A DNA stretch of 64,000 nucleotides from Candidatus Poribacteria bacterium (lineage in GTDB: Bacteria; Poribacteria; WGA-4E; PCPOR2b): positions 3,520,001-3,584,000 of the forward strand of contig OZ242351.1 in assembly GCA_965208675.1 (NCBI GenBank). Reading direction: 5' to 3'. Every line of letters begins with the position of its first letter. The stretch's first letter is position 1. This document shows positions 38,802-47,821 of the stretch, piece after piece. Under the pieces are notes generated by a model that had not been told where the DNA came from, ran no database searches, and saw only the letters and a program-made list of their open reading frames with translations. The translations under genes were made by a program, and so were the position numbers.

Positions 38802-39290
38802 GTGTTATCTCGACGCCAGTTTTTTCAATCGTCAGGCTGGGCGATTTTTACGGCTGCTTTAGGATTTGCCTTCGGTCCCGGATTAGTTAGGTATTTATAT
38901 CCGCGCGTCCTTTTTGAGCCGTCGTCCGTCTTTAAGGCGGGATTTCCGGCTGAATATCCCCCCGGCACTGTGAGCGAACGGTGGAAAAAAACGCCGTATG
39001 GGGTTTGGATCGCTCGAAAAGAAGATGGCGAGTTTTATGCGCTGTTAGCAATCTGCACTCATCTAGGTTGCACGCCGCGATGGTTCGGGGCGGAGAACAA
39101 GTTCAAGTGCCCCTGCCACGGGAGCGGTTTTGATCGGGAAGGCATTAACTATGAAGGGCCTGCGCCGCGTCCGCTTGAGCGTGTAAAAATTTCTCTGGCA
39201 GAGGACGGGCAACTGTTAATTGATAAATCCATCAAATTCCTATATGAGAAAGATCAGTGGGACAATCCGGGAGCGTCGTTAAAGGCTTAG
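38802..39290 (+). CDS. qcrA: Rieske 2Fe-2S subunit of a Rieske/cytochrome b complex
   Basis: Tat-like SRRQFF; CTHLGC and CPCHGS; GPAPRPL; GAGGTG SD before the GTG. Confidence 0.95.
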   Translation: MLSRRQFFQSSGWAIFTAALGFAFGPGLVRYLYPRVLFEPSSVFKAGFPAEYPPGTVSERWKKTPYGVWIARKEDGEFYALLAICTHLGCTPRWFGAENKFKCPCHGSGFDREGINYEGPAPRPLERVKISLAEDGQLLIDKSIKFLYEKDQWDNPGASLKA

Positions 39291-39399
39291 TTGAATTTGT
39301 TGTTCCAAAAGCATATTTCTGATAAAAGAAAGGGGTTATCCAGTTTCGCTAGACAGGACTGCAATAGGGTTCTGTACAGGCATGGGCTGCTGATTTCTA

Positions 39400-40170
39400 A
39401 TGGACGAAAAACGTAACGGACTCAAGGAAAAGATAACAAACTCCCAAATTTGGCGCTCCATGTTTCGGCATGGATACGAAAAGACCGGGAGGCGGTATAC
39501 CCTCCAAATTCTCCAGAACGTCTGGCTGCATTTGCACCCGCCTCGTGTGCCTCGGCACGGCATCAACTTCCGGTTTACATGGTGCATGGGCGGAATTACC
39601 TTCTTGATGTTTCTTGTCACTGCGGTGACAGGTGTATTGCTTATGTTTTACTACCGCCCCACGGCTGAATACGCCTTTCGGGATATCCAGTATCTTGAAT
39701 TTGATATTCCTTTCGGAATGCTGCTTCGGAATATGCACCGCTGGGCAGCGCACGGTATGGTCATCGCTGTGATGCTTCACATGTTCCGGGTTTTCCTGAC
39801 GGGTTCTTACAAAAAACCGCGCGAATTCAATTGGGCGGTTGGCGTTATCCTACTGGTTGTCACCCTCTTTCTCAGCTTTACCGGTTATCTGCTGCCTTGG
39901 GACCAGCTCGCATTATGGGCGGTAACCGTCGGCACAAATATGGCGCGCGCCACGCCGGTTTTGGGGCACGAGGGCCCGTTCGTTCCGCAAGCTATCACGC
40001 AGTCTAATGATGTCCGATTTGTGCTCCTTGGTGGCACGGAGGTAAGCCCTTCGACGCTATTGCGGTTTTATATTCTGCACTGCGTGGGTGTCCCGATTTT
40101 TGCCAGCGTGCTTATGGCACTGCACTTTTGGCGCGTCCGCAAAGACGGCGGAATTTCCGGTCCTCTGTAA
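39400..40170 (+). CDS. qcrB: Cytochrome b, N-terminal (b6-like) subunit
   Basis: WCMGGITF (heme ci Cys position), RNMHRWAAH..LHMFRV, GYLLPWDQ, FYILH..LHFWRVRKDGGISGPL. Confidence 0.95.
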   Translation: MDEKRNGLKEKITNSQIWRSMFRHGYEKTGRRYTLQILQNVWLHLHPPRVPRHGINFRFTWCMGGITFLMFLVTAVTGVLLMFYYRPTAEYAFRDIQYLEFDIPFGMLLRNMHRWAAHGMVIAVMLHMFRVFLTGSYKKPREFNWAVGVILLVVTLFLSFTGYLLPWDQLALWAVTVGTNMARATPVLGHEGPFVPQAITQSNDVRFVLLGGTEVSPSTLLRFYILHCVGVPIFASVLMALHFWRVRKDGGISGPL

Positions 40171-40218
40171 TCATCCAATTGTCTCATTCCAGTCGAAAAA
40201 GTAGAGAGGTAAAAGACT

Positions 40219-41085
40219 ATGGAACCTTTCCTTGCGCTTGTTAGTAAGCCTGATAATGTCCCAATTATTGCTATCATATTTCTCCTGCCATTTTTTACAT
40301 GGCTTGCATTTAGCCAAGGGCGAAGAAACGATAAAGCCGGTACACCCGCTGAGGCGGCGCTCAAAGACAAGGTCTATGTGTGGCCTTACCTTTGCCGCGC
40401 CGAATTCCTTTGCGCGATTATTGTAATGTTGATTCTCGGTGTATGGTCGATTGCGTTGGACGCGCCGTTGGAGGAAATGAGCGACCCGGCAAAGACCCCA
40501 AATCCTTCCAAAGCGCCGTGGTATTTTCTGGCGCTGCAAGAGATGTTAGTGTATTTCGACCCATGGATTGCGGGGGTGGTGCTGCCAGGCTTGATTATCG
40601 CAGGCCTTATCGCTATTCCTTACATAGATATCAATCCCAAGGGAAAAGGGTATTATACGTTGAAGGAACGGCCTTTTGCAATTGCCACCTTCTGTTTCGG
40701 ATTTTTCATGCTGTGGATTGTCTTGATGGTTGTCGGTACGTTCTTGAGGGGGCCCGGATGGAACTTCTTCGCACCATGGGTAAAGTGGGACCCGCACAAA
40801 GTTGTATCGCTGACCAACGTCAACCTGTCTTATAAATTTGGCATCCGCGGCGACCTAACGGCAAACATCTTCGGGTTCATTGTTGTCGCCGGTTACTTTT
40901 CGTTAGGTCCGCTCCTCTATTTCTGGAAGAGAAAGACAAGCCGATTCTTGCAGGAACTCGGGTTGATTCGGTATATTATCGTCTCATTCTTATTTCTGAC
41001 CATGATGGCATTGCCGATTAAAATGATTCTCCGCTGGGTTTGGAATATTAAATATATCTGGGTTTCTCCATGGTTCAATGTATAG
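40219..41085 (+). CDS. Cytochrome b C-terminal / subunit IV-like protein
   Basis: PLEE..DP..TPNPSKAPWYF (PEWY-equivalent), PYID, FLRGPGW. Confidence 0.88.
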   Translation: MEPFLALVSKPDNVPIIAIIFLLPFFTWLAFSQGRRNDKAGTPAEAALKDKVYVWPYLCRAEFLCAIIVMLILGVWSIALDAPLEEMSDPAKTPNPSKAPWYFLALQEMLVYFDPWIAGVVLPGLIIAGLIAIPYIDINPKGKGYYTLKERPFAIATFCFGFFMLWIVLMVVGTFLRGPGWNFFAPWVKWDPHKVVSLTNVNLSYKFGIRGDLTANIFGFIVVAGYFSLGPLLYFWKRKTSRFLQELGLIRYIIVSFLFLTMMALPIKMILRWVWNIKYIWVSPWFNV

Positions 41086-41115
41086 GCGAAATAGGATAAG
41101 GAGGTCTACTGGTTC

Positions 41116-44100
41116 GTGAGAAGCAAAAAGGAAATCCCGGTCGAAGAAAAATCATATTCAGCTCTGTTTTTTATCCTTTCCGCTCTATTGGGGTTTGTGA
41201 CGCTGTGGGGATTCTGGAATGAAGCCATCACGAGACGGCCGTGGAAAGCGATTCAGCAACGGTTTTACCAATATGAATACGAGAAAACGAAAATTGCACT
41301 CGAAGGAGCTAAACAGGAGCTGCCAGAAATAGAAACGCCGGAACCTCTTGACGCTAAGCGCCTGAGCAAACTTGAACAAAACATCAACGATGCAACAATA
41401 AAACGTGATGAAGCCTTACAAGAACGTAAGTTTCTTCAGAGCGAGGCGGACGCGATAAACTACAAATATCAATTTGCTTTGCACCATTCAAAAGCAATTC
41501 ATGAGAAAGGCGACAAGAGCGATCCGGAGGTTGACAAATGGAAGAGTCGGCTAGACGACTATGACAGGCAAATCGAGGGCAAACTGACACAAGATGTCGT
41601 CGCAGCGGAACGTACGCTGGCTGACGCCTATCGCGAGTCGGCTTCATTTTATGAAACCGGCGGACACATTGAGGCTGCGTTGAGCCAGTTCTTGGTCGTC
41701 CAAAAATATGACCCCACATCCGAAGCCTTGCCGGCGAAAATAAAAAATCTCCGTTTACAGGTCGAGTCTCTTCGAGCAGACAGAGTTGCAAAGGCGGAAG
41801 TTGACAAACTCGAAGAGAAGCTTTCCTCATTGTCCCCCTTAAAGCGGAGTTTCTTGGGAAGTCTGTTGGAAAGTCCATTTAATAAGACACGATCACTGGT
41901 GCAATACTATCTTGAGGACTTTGAGTATACGGCTGACCGGTGTGCCACATGCCATTTTTCAGTGGACCGAAGCGGTTACGACCGTTTCGCCGTGGAATCA
42001 TTCGAGGTTGAAGGCGGCGAGGACGGGCAGAAGCCTTCTAAACAATTGATGCATCCGCTTGTAAAGGTAGGCAGCGAGAGCGTCTTGATTGATGATGAGG
42101 AGGCGGAAAGCGATCAGTACGTCCTGAACGAAAACGGTTTGCTTACTTTTGTAGACCCCGATATTGCCGATTTTGGCGCGGAAGTGGAAATCGAATACGA
42201 AACCGGTTACGACGCTGTACTGCGAACCCATCCTTACCGGGACGTGCTGCTCGGCAACCATCCTGTGGAGAGATTTGGCTGTACACCGTGCCACGGCGGG
42301 CAAGGGCAGGCCCTTACGGCGCAATCCGCTCACGCTTTGACGCACGCAGAGTTCTGGCTGGAACCCGTATTGGGATTGGATGAACATACGAGCGAGCTGT
42401 CAGGACAATTGTCGCGGGAAAGAAAGAAAGGCAAACGCGCCGACCAACACAAAATCGCGGATCTTGAGAATGAGTTGGAAGAGAAGCGATCTGAGCTTCG
42501 CGGCTATCTGTACACCAACTGCCGCCGCTGCCACAGTGAAGTAATGATGTTGGACTATCCTTCGCCTCCACCTGAAACGGCGGACGCGCGAGATTATGCG
42601 CCCGATCTCTCAAATGGGATGGCGCTGTTCGAAGATTTGGGTTGCCAAGGTTGCCACGCTGTCGACGGCTATCCTGCGCTCGAAAAATTGGCGAATGTTG
42701 GCCCTTCGCTCGCCAAAATTGGCAGTAAGGTGAACGGCACAGAATGGCTCGTAGGCTGGCTTAAAGACCCGCCATCGTATCTGCCTGACACCAAGATGCC
42801 TGTATTCTTCCCGACCGAAGACATGTCGAAATTGGTTTATCTGAAAAATGGGATGAAGCGCGAAGGCACGGTCAGAAGTGAAGCGGGGGCGATTATTGTA
42901 CGCACGGATGATGGGACAGAATACCCCTACCGAGAGGACGAAGTTGACCGCATTGTCGATATCGTTAAGTCTATCGCAGCCTACCTAGAGCAGCAGACGG
43001 ACGCCGCCATTGATGGAATTGAACCGAACTATTCGACATCGCCGAAGGCAATTGCGGCGGGCGAGGAGACCGTCAAATCGGTCGGATGTATTGCTTGCCA
43101 CGCCGTTGACGGATTAGGCAGCGACTTTGCGCCCAACCTTGATGATGTCGGCAATAAGCTCACCCCCAATTTCCTCCGCCAATGGGTTGACAATCCGAAG
43201 TCCTATGACCCTGATACCGTCATGCCGGACATGCGCCTTAGCGATACGGAGGTGGATAACGTCGTCGCCTATTTGATGAGCCTGAAATCGCCGGAATCTC
43301 CTGCTGTGAAAGTGACTGCGGATTCTTATGGAAATCTTGTCGAGGAGATTGACACCGAAGAAGGCGAGACGTTAGTGCGGCTTTACGGGTGCTTTGGTTG
43401 CCATACTATCCCGGGATTCGAAGACGAACCGAAGGTTGGTGCAGAACTTAGTGCATTCGGATCCAAGACCGTTGACGAATTCGATTTTGGCGATAGCGTA
43501 GGTGTTGAACATAGTTGGCACGGCTGGACGATCGGCAAACTCACCGATCCCAGGCGGTATCAAACACGCCGCATTATCCAACGTATGCCGGTGTTTCCGA
43601 TTGGCCAAGAAGACGCATATGCACTTGCGGTTTTGCTTAAGAGTTTCCAAGCTAAAAAGTTCCCTTTGAGCTATATCCACCAGCCAAGTGACACGCTTCG
43701 ATCGGTCGATGCCGGGCGCCGATTGGTTAAAAAATACAATTGCCAAGGGTGCCACGAGATTGAAGCGAAGGGCGGGGAATATGTCGAGTTCATCGACAGT
43801 CAACGCGATGACCTAGATTTGAATCAAGCGAAACAGTTTGCACCGCCGACGCTGCGTGCAGAAGGGGCAAAGGTTCATCCGGATTGGCTGTTTAGTTTCT
43901 TGAAGGGGCCGACGCTAATTCGCTACGGCCTTGATGTCCGCATGCCGACGTTTGGATTCTCGGACGAAGAAACCACTGCGCTTGTTCAGTATTTCTCGGC
44001 ACTTTCGGAAGAGCCGTTCCCCTATGAGACCATTGCATTGCCGCCAACGGCGCAAGCAGAGCTCAGAGTCGGCAAACAGATTTTTGACGCCCTGCAGTGT

Positions 44101-44370
44101 ATATCCTGCCACCCGGAGCAAGGTGAAGTTATCCCGGCAGGAAGCGATAAGACCGGCCGCCCCGACCTCTCTCTGGCTAAAGGCCGTCTCAAGGAGGATT
44201 GGCTGATTGACTGGATGAAAGATCCGGCATCATTCCAACCCGGAACCGCGATGCCTCAAGCTTGGCCGAAAATCGGCGGCGTGTATCAACCTGTCGACGG
44301 TTTCGCCATCCAAGACGCCGAGGAACAGATTCGGTTGGTCAGGGATTATCTCCTCTCGCTGAGCAAGTGA
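41116..44370 (+). CDS. Membrane-anchored octaheme cytochrome c
   Basis: 8 CxxCH (CATCH, CTPCH, CRRCH, CQGCH, CIACH, CFGCH, CQGCH, CISCH); N-terminal TM and long helical region. Confidence 0.92.
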   Translation: MRSKKEIPVEEKSYSALFFILSALLGFVTLWGFWNEAITRRPWKAIQQRFYQYEYEKTKIALEGAKQELPEIETPEPLDAKRLSKLEQNINDATIKRDEALQERKFLQSEADAINYKYQFALHHSKAIHEKGDKSDPEVDKWKSRLDDYDRQIEGKLTQDVVAAERTLADAYRESASFYETGGHIEAALSQFLVVQKYDPTSEALPAKIKNLRLQVESLRADRVAKAEVDKLEEKLSSLSPLKRSFLGSLLESPFNKTRSLVQYYLEDFEYTADRCATCHFSVDRSGYDRFAVESFEVEGGEDGQKPSKQLMHPLVKVGSESVLIDDEEAESDQYVLNENGLLTFVDPDIADFGAEVEIEYETGYDAVLRTHPYRDVLLGNHPVERFGCTPCHGGQGQALTAQSAHALTHAEFWLEPVLGLDEHTSELSGQLSRERKKGKRADQHKIADLENELEEKRSELRGYLYTNCRRCHSEVMMLDYPSPPPETADARDYAPDLSNGMALFEDLGCQGCHAVDGYPALEKLANVGPSLAKIGSKVNGTEWLVGWLKDPPSYLPDTKMPVFFPTEDMSKLVYLKNGMKREGTVRSEAGAIIVRTDDGTEYPYREDEVDRIVDIVKSIAAYLEQQTDAAIDGIEPNYSTSPKAIAAGEETVKSVGCIACHAVDGLGSDFAPNLDDVGNKLTPNFLRQWVDNPKSYDPDTVMPDMRLSDTEVDNVVAYLMSLKSPESPAVKVTADSYGNLVEEIDTEEGETLVRLYGCFGCHTIPGFEDEPKVGAELSAFGSKTVDEFDFGDSVGVEHSWHGWTIGKLTDPRRYQTRRIIQRMPVFPIGQEDAYALAVLLKSFQAKKFPLSYIHQPSDTLRSVDAGRRLVKKYNCQGCHEIEAKGGEYVEFIDSQRDDLDLNQAKQFAPPTLRAEGAKVHPDWLFSFLKGPTLIRYGLDVRMPTFGFSDEETTALVQYFSALSEEPFPYETIALPPTAQAELRVGKQIFDALQCISCHPEQGEVIPAGSDKTGRPDLSLAKGRLKEDWLIDWMKDPASFQPGTAMPQAWPKIGGVYQPVDGFAIQDAEEQIRLVRDYLLSLSK

Positions 44371-44383
44371 CACTGAGGCAATT

Positions 44384-44755
44384 ATGCGACACCTACTCAT
44401 CGTCGTTGGGATATTCGCTGCCAGCATGAGTGGTTTGATTTGGTTGTGCCGCACAGTGGATCCAAGTACGCGATACAGCTCCAAAGTCGAGTTCAATTAC
44501 GCGAGATATTGTGCGGGCTGCCATGGCGCCAACGGTGAAGGCAACGGACGGATTGGGCGGTTCAAAAAGTTAGAACCTGCAAATTTGACGACAGCCGATT
44601 TTTGGGACGGCAGCAGCGACGAAAAACTTATTCACAGTATTGACGCCGGCAAGGATGACATGCCGGCGTTTTTCTACTATCTGACACATGGTGAACAGCG
44701 GGAACTTCTCGATTTCATCAAAGAGAATTTTCGACCAACGCCGGCACACGATTGA
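44384..44755 (+). CDS. Monoheme cytochrome c
   Basis: N-terminal anchor, CAGCH, axial MPAF. Confidence 0.88.
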   Translation: MRHLLIVVGIFAASMSGLIWLCRTVDPSTRYSSKVEFNYARYCAGCHGANGEGNGRIGRFKKLEPANLTTADFWDGSSDEKLIHSIDAGKDDMPAFFYYLTHGEQRELLDFIKENFRPTPAHD

Positions 44756-44788
44756 ATCAATAGCACACATTGGCACAGAGGCGGCATA

Positions 44789-44992
44789 ATGAGACAAGTG
44801 GTTGTTTATCCGGGTGAAGATAGCTACTGGGTTGCTGAATGCCCTAGCTTGCTAGGTTGCATAAGCCAAGGGAAAACGAAGCACGAAGCTATCGCGAATA
44901 TCAAAGAGGCAATTGAAGGATACATTTCGGCTCTTGAGGATGATGGGCTGCCGGTGCCGGGCAAAAAGAATTTGGAGCGAACGAGATTCTAA
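44789..44992 (+). CDS. hicB: Short HicB-like antitoxin (no adjacent hicA)
   Basis: YWVAECPSL.GCISQGKT..EAIANIKEAI..Y..L..DG.PVP. Confidence 0.85.
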   Translation: MRQVVVYPGEDSYWVAECPSLLGCISQGKTKHEAIANIKEAIEGYISALEDDGLPVPGKKNLERTRF

Positions 44993-45028
44993 ACTAATAT
45001 TGCGGTCAGCCTAAGGCGCACTCATCCA

Positions 45029-45092
45029 GTCACGGATATCCGTGAGTTCTTCCTATTCAACCTTGATTCTTAGTGCCGTATACTGCTATCAT
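45029..45092 (+). promoter_or_regulatory. Second promoter carrying the same palindrome
   Basis: GTCACGGATATCCGTGAg (45029-46); TTGATT (45063-68), 18 bp spacer, TG-n-TATCAT (45087-92). Confidence 0.7.
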
Positions 45093-45148
45093 TGATGATT
45101 AAGACGTTCCATAATCGCATTTTAATAAAGAAAGGATTGGCCAAAACC

Positions 45149-45910
45149 ATGAAAACCGCAACGACCCTGACCGTATTCAGCTTTATTCTCATCGCAAGCC
45201 TCACTTATGCCGCCAACATCACTGGAACAGTTATGTACGACGGAGAAGCGCCGGCGCGTGCAGCGATGAAGGCCACCAAGGACCAACACTGCATTGATAA
45301 GCTCGCAAACGGTAAGTCCGAAGCGCTTGTAGTCTCTAAAGGTAAAGGAATTAAGAACGTTGTTGTCTATTTGCGTGCGCGAGGCGCGACACCCACACTG
45401 CCTGCCAAAAATCCGGTAATGGATCAGGTCGACTGTAAGTATTATCCGCACGTCCTCGTTGTAACTGAAGGCACCACAGTGGATGTAACCTCCAGCGACC
45501 CGGTTGCGCATAACGTCCATTCTCATGCCAAGAAGAATGAGGCGGTGAATTGGCAGATACCTGTTCCCGGGAAGGTGTTGCCCCTGAAATTAGAAAAGCG
45601 CGAGGCGATTAAATTTACCTGCGATATTCACAATTGGATGACGGGATATATATTTGTGGTGGACAATGACTACTATACCGTTACGGGGTATAAGGACAGC
45701 AAGGAAAACTGGATTACGTCTGACAGTTATGAGGCTTCGAGCGATAAGGGAGCATACACCATTAAAGATGTTCCCGCGGGGAAATACCGCATCCAGGCGT
45801 GGCACGAGGAGCTTGGAACGACTAAAGCAAAGACGATAGAAGTTTCTGAAAGTGAAGACCTTCAAGTCAACTTTACGAACGCTGATTTCAGGAAGAAAGC
45901 CGCGAAATAA
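45149..45910 (+). CDS. Secreted cupredoxin-like protein with carboxypeptidase-regulatory-like (transthyretin-fold) domain
   Basis: Signal peptide; DQVDC.Y.PHV, HNVH, CDIHNWM, VPAGKY..AWHEELG. Confidence 0.8.
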   Translation: MKTATTLTVFSFILIASLTYAANITGTVMYDGEAPARAAMKATKDQHCIDKLANGKSEALVVSKGKGIKNVVVYLRARGATPTLPAKNPVMDQVDCKYYPHVLVVTEGTTVDVTSSDPVAHNVHSHAKKNEAVNWQIPVPGKVLPLKLEKREAIKFTCDIHNWMTGYIFVVDNDYYTVTGYKDSKENWITSDSYEASSDKGAYTIKDVPAGKYRIQAWHEELGTTKAKTIEVSESEDLQVNFTNADFRKKAAK

Positions 45911-45985
45911 ACCACTGCATTGACGATTGACGAGACGCTATAAACATTGCACGTTTCGCCCGTCATGATTGCGAGACGCAAGATT

Positions 45986-47797
45986 ATGCGTTCCATACGG
46001 AATAGTTCCAAAAACAGGTTAGCTCTATTGTTCGGGCTGCTTGCCATCTATCTATTCTTGGCGATCGTACCTGTTGCATTCACCCAAGATGCGACCGACA
46101 CAGAATACCGCGCCTTCCCGAAGATTGGCAGCCGCAACGCCGCGTGGATAGCCGCCCAGTTGCATCTGTTGTTCGGGTCCTTTATCTTGGGTGTACCGAT
46201 GTTCGCGGTTGTCATTGAATATGTCGGGATGCGGACGAAGGACAAACGATACGACAAAATGGCGCAGGAGTTCATCAAGCTCTGCATGGGTGCGTTCTCG
46301 ACGACCGCGCTGATGGGCGGTGTGTTGGTTTTCGTTCTCATTTGGTGCTACCCCAAAGTGATGAACAAAATGACGGGAATCTTCGGACCGACGATGATTT
46401 TCTACGTCTTCTTGTTCTTCGGAGAGACTTTTACGCTCTATCTCTACTCCTACGGATGGGATCGGATGCAGGGCAAGGTATCAAAGATGTGGCACCTATT
46501 CCTCGGTGTGCTCTTGAACGTGTTCGGTACGGCAATTATGTTTGTTTCTAACGCGTGGCTGACGTACCAGACAAGTCCAGCAACAATGGATTCCGGCCAT
46601 AAGCCAATTCCGCTTCATAACGAAGAAACGGGCGAATTTATCGGTACGCTGTGGCAGGCGGTGAACAACTTCACGTGGATGCCCGTGAACATCCACCGCC
46701 TCATTGGGAATGTGGCTTTCGGCGGAGCAATCGTCGGCGCCTACGCCGCCTTTCGATTTTTGGTCGCCAAATCGAAAGAGGATAAGGCGCACTACGACTG
46801 GATGGGATATACGGGCAATTTCATCGCGTTATGCGGCTTAATTCCGCTGCCGTTCGCCGGATATTGGTTGGGACGCGACATCTACAAGTTCAATCAGACA
46901 ATGGGCATCAACATGATGGGGAGCCTCTTTTCGTGGTTGTTCATCATTCAGGCGGTGATGATTGGGGTGTTGTTCATCGGCGCGAACTACTATCTCTGGT
47001 CCGGCATGACCCGCATTAAAGGCGGTGAAGTTTACGCGCGTTTACGCCCCTATATGGTGGCAATCATTGTTGTCTGTGTCGCGGTGTGGATGACGCCGCG
47101 CACATTGATTGCTACTGCCGGTGAGAAAGCCGCAATGGGCGGTCCGAACCATCCACTAATCGGATATTTCGGTTTGATGACGGCGAAAAATACGGTCGTC
47201 AATCTCATCATTTTGACGACTTTTCTGAGTTTTCTGTTTTACCGCCGATCGGGGAAAACGCCGGCGGTCGGTTGGAGGAAAGCAGGAAATATCATCATCT
47301 CGGGAATTTTTGGACTTGCTGTCGCCGCGATTGTCACGATTGGTCTTATAGGTTTCAAAGTTGAGACCGATTTTCGCGTCGAAGTTCTAACGCCGGTTCA
47401 AGTGTTGATTGCGTTAGCTGTTTTGATTTTGGTTACGGCGATTGATTTAATCATGTACCGAAAAGCGATGCGTTCTAGCGACATCAACTGGGGGCAGATG
47501 TCCGACCGGTCGCAGTACGTGCTAATTCTTCTCGCAATCACCTTTACCTCCTTGATGGGATTGATGGGGTATGCGCGGTCTGGCCTCCGCGAGAATTGGC
47601 ACATTTTTGGTGTGATGCCCGACACCTCTCCGGATGCGTTTACACCTCTTCTTGCTGATGCCGTCAATGTCATCGCCGTTATCATAGTGATATTCTTCGC
47701 CTTGGTCGGCTTTATCTTCTGGATCGGTTTATGGGGCGACAAGAAGAAAGCAAAACTTGCAAATCTTGAAGCAGAAAATGCCGTGGGAGACGACTAA
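45986..47797 (+). CDS. Cytochrome bd-like oxidase subunit I (CydA homolog, no CydB partner; start uncertain)
   Basis: QLHLLFGSFILGVP (b595 His position), FFGETF..Y.YGW, NIHRLIGN (b558 His position), MGYARSGLRENW (GRQPW-equivalent). Confidence 0.85.
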   Translation: MRSIRNSSKNRLALLFGLLAIYLFLAIVPVAFTQDATDTEYRAFPKIGSRNAAWIAAQLHLLFGSFILGVPMFAVVIEYVGMRTKDKRYDKMAQEFIKLCMGAFSTTALMGGVLVFVLIWCYPKVMNKMTGIFGPTMIFYVFLFFGETFTLYLYSYGWDRMQGKVSKMWHLFLGVLLNVFGTAIMFVSNAWLTYQTSPATMDSGHKPIPLHNEETGEFIGTLWQAVNNFTWMPVNIHRLIGNVAFGGAIVGAYAAFRFLVAKSKEDKAHYDWMGYTGNFIALCGLIPLPFAGYWLGRDIYKFNQTMGINMMGSLFSWLFIIQAVMIGVLFIGANYYLWSGMTRIKGGEVYARLRPYMVAIIVVCVAVWMTPRTLIATAGEKAAMGGPNHPLIGYFGLMTAKNTVVNLIILTTFLSFLFYRRSGKTPAVGWRKAGNIIISGIFGLAVAAIVTIGLIGFKVETDFRVEVLTPVQVLIALAVLILVTAIDLIMYRKAMRSSDINWGQMSDRSQYVLILLAITFTSLMGLMGYARSGLRENWHIFGVMPDTSPDAFTPLLADAVNVIAVIIVIFFALVGFIFWIGLWGDKKKAKLANLEAENAVGDD

Positions 47798-47821
47798 GAA
47801 CCGCGCAGTTGGGATGAAACG

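Noticed and set aside
45092-45148. ORF-track start at 45092 for the cupredoxin-like gene
   Set aside because: It coincides with the predicted -10 box. The ATG at 45149 has an AAAGGA SD and begins a clean signal peptide.
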